Source: Stylophora pistillata | Lineage: Eukaryota | Assembly: GCF_002571385.2 (NCBI RefSeq) | Contig: NW_019218098.1 | Coordinates: forward strand, 286,137-350,136 | DNA length: 64,000 bases | Reading direction: 5' to 3' | Shown here: piece by piece, positions 63,801 to 64,000 of the stretch | How positions within the stretch are numbered: the stretch's first letter is position 1 | Layout of the letters: each line of letters opens with the position of its first letter | Program-made: the position numbers and the translations under genes | Notes under the pieces: generated by a model | The model's database searches: none | Seen by the model: only the letters and a program-made list of their open reading frames with translations | What the model was told of the DNA's origin: nothing

Positions 63801-64000
63801 GACAGGTCCAAGTAAAATTGAGTCCATTGTGTATTCCAGGACCAATATCAGCATTGTAACTCAAGGATCCATCCACAATTATAATGTTTTTGGATCCCTA
63901 TGGTACACTGCTTCCTCCATCGATGATGGCTCGCACTGGCGCTGCTATAACCTCGATGAAACCATAATCAAAAGCATTTAATTTAATTTAATTTACTAGA

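Larger units (their letters stand above)
59375..63979 (-). pseudogene. Gene D: decayed third tandem paralogue
   Basis: Remnants of exon 13 (63979-63593), the 3' tip of exon 20 (about 62680-62610), exon 21 (62448-61151) and the 3' part of exon 23 (60447-59375). Stops at 62154, 62133, 62094, 61914 and 59887; frameshifts near 61780 and 61653; donor GT->CT at 61150; exons 14-19 and 22 missing. Confidence 0.93.

Overview
Intron-rich, AT-rich animal DNA, most likely a cnidarian such as a stony coral (inferred from gene family and repeat content). The window is a cluster of four polycystin-1-like (PKD1L/REJ-type, 11-TM) receptor-channel genes, which I reconstructed exon by exon from GT-AG sites. Gene A (+, 448-11335, 5' end outside the window) is intact over 13 exons: cbEGF x2, REJ, GAIN/GPS, TM1, PLAT, TOP and cation-channel domain. 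Facing it is a tandem array of three minus-strand paralogues. B (33477-12420) and C (57051-37114) each have 23 exons: signal peptide, 3x discoidin (F5/8C), 4x cbEGF, REJ, GAIN/GPS, PLAT, channel and coiled-coil tail. B has two in-frame TAG codons. C has a retroelement inside an EGF exon and a broken acceptor. D (about 63979-59375) is a heavily decayed pseudogene. A, B and C share a tandem furin-site/Cys cassette inside the GAIN domain. Non-coding DNA holds two families of minimal type I hammerhead ribozymes, one tied to Penelope-like element ends (five intact copies with a fixed CCGACGA core variant). It also holds a tRNA-derived SINE family with swapped 3' tails, LINE fragments, MITEs, a 737-bp perfect palindrome next to an assembly gap, and a probable assembly duplication. 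All calls come from manual reading; no searches were run.
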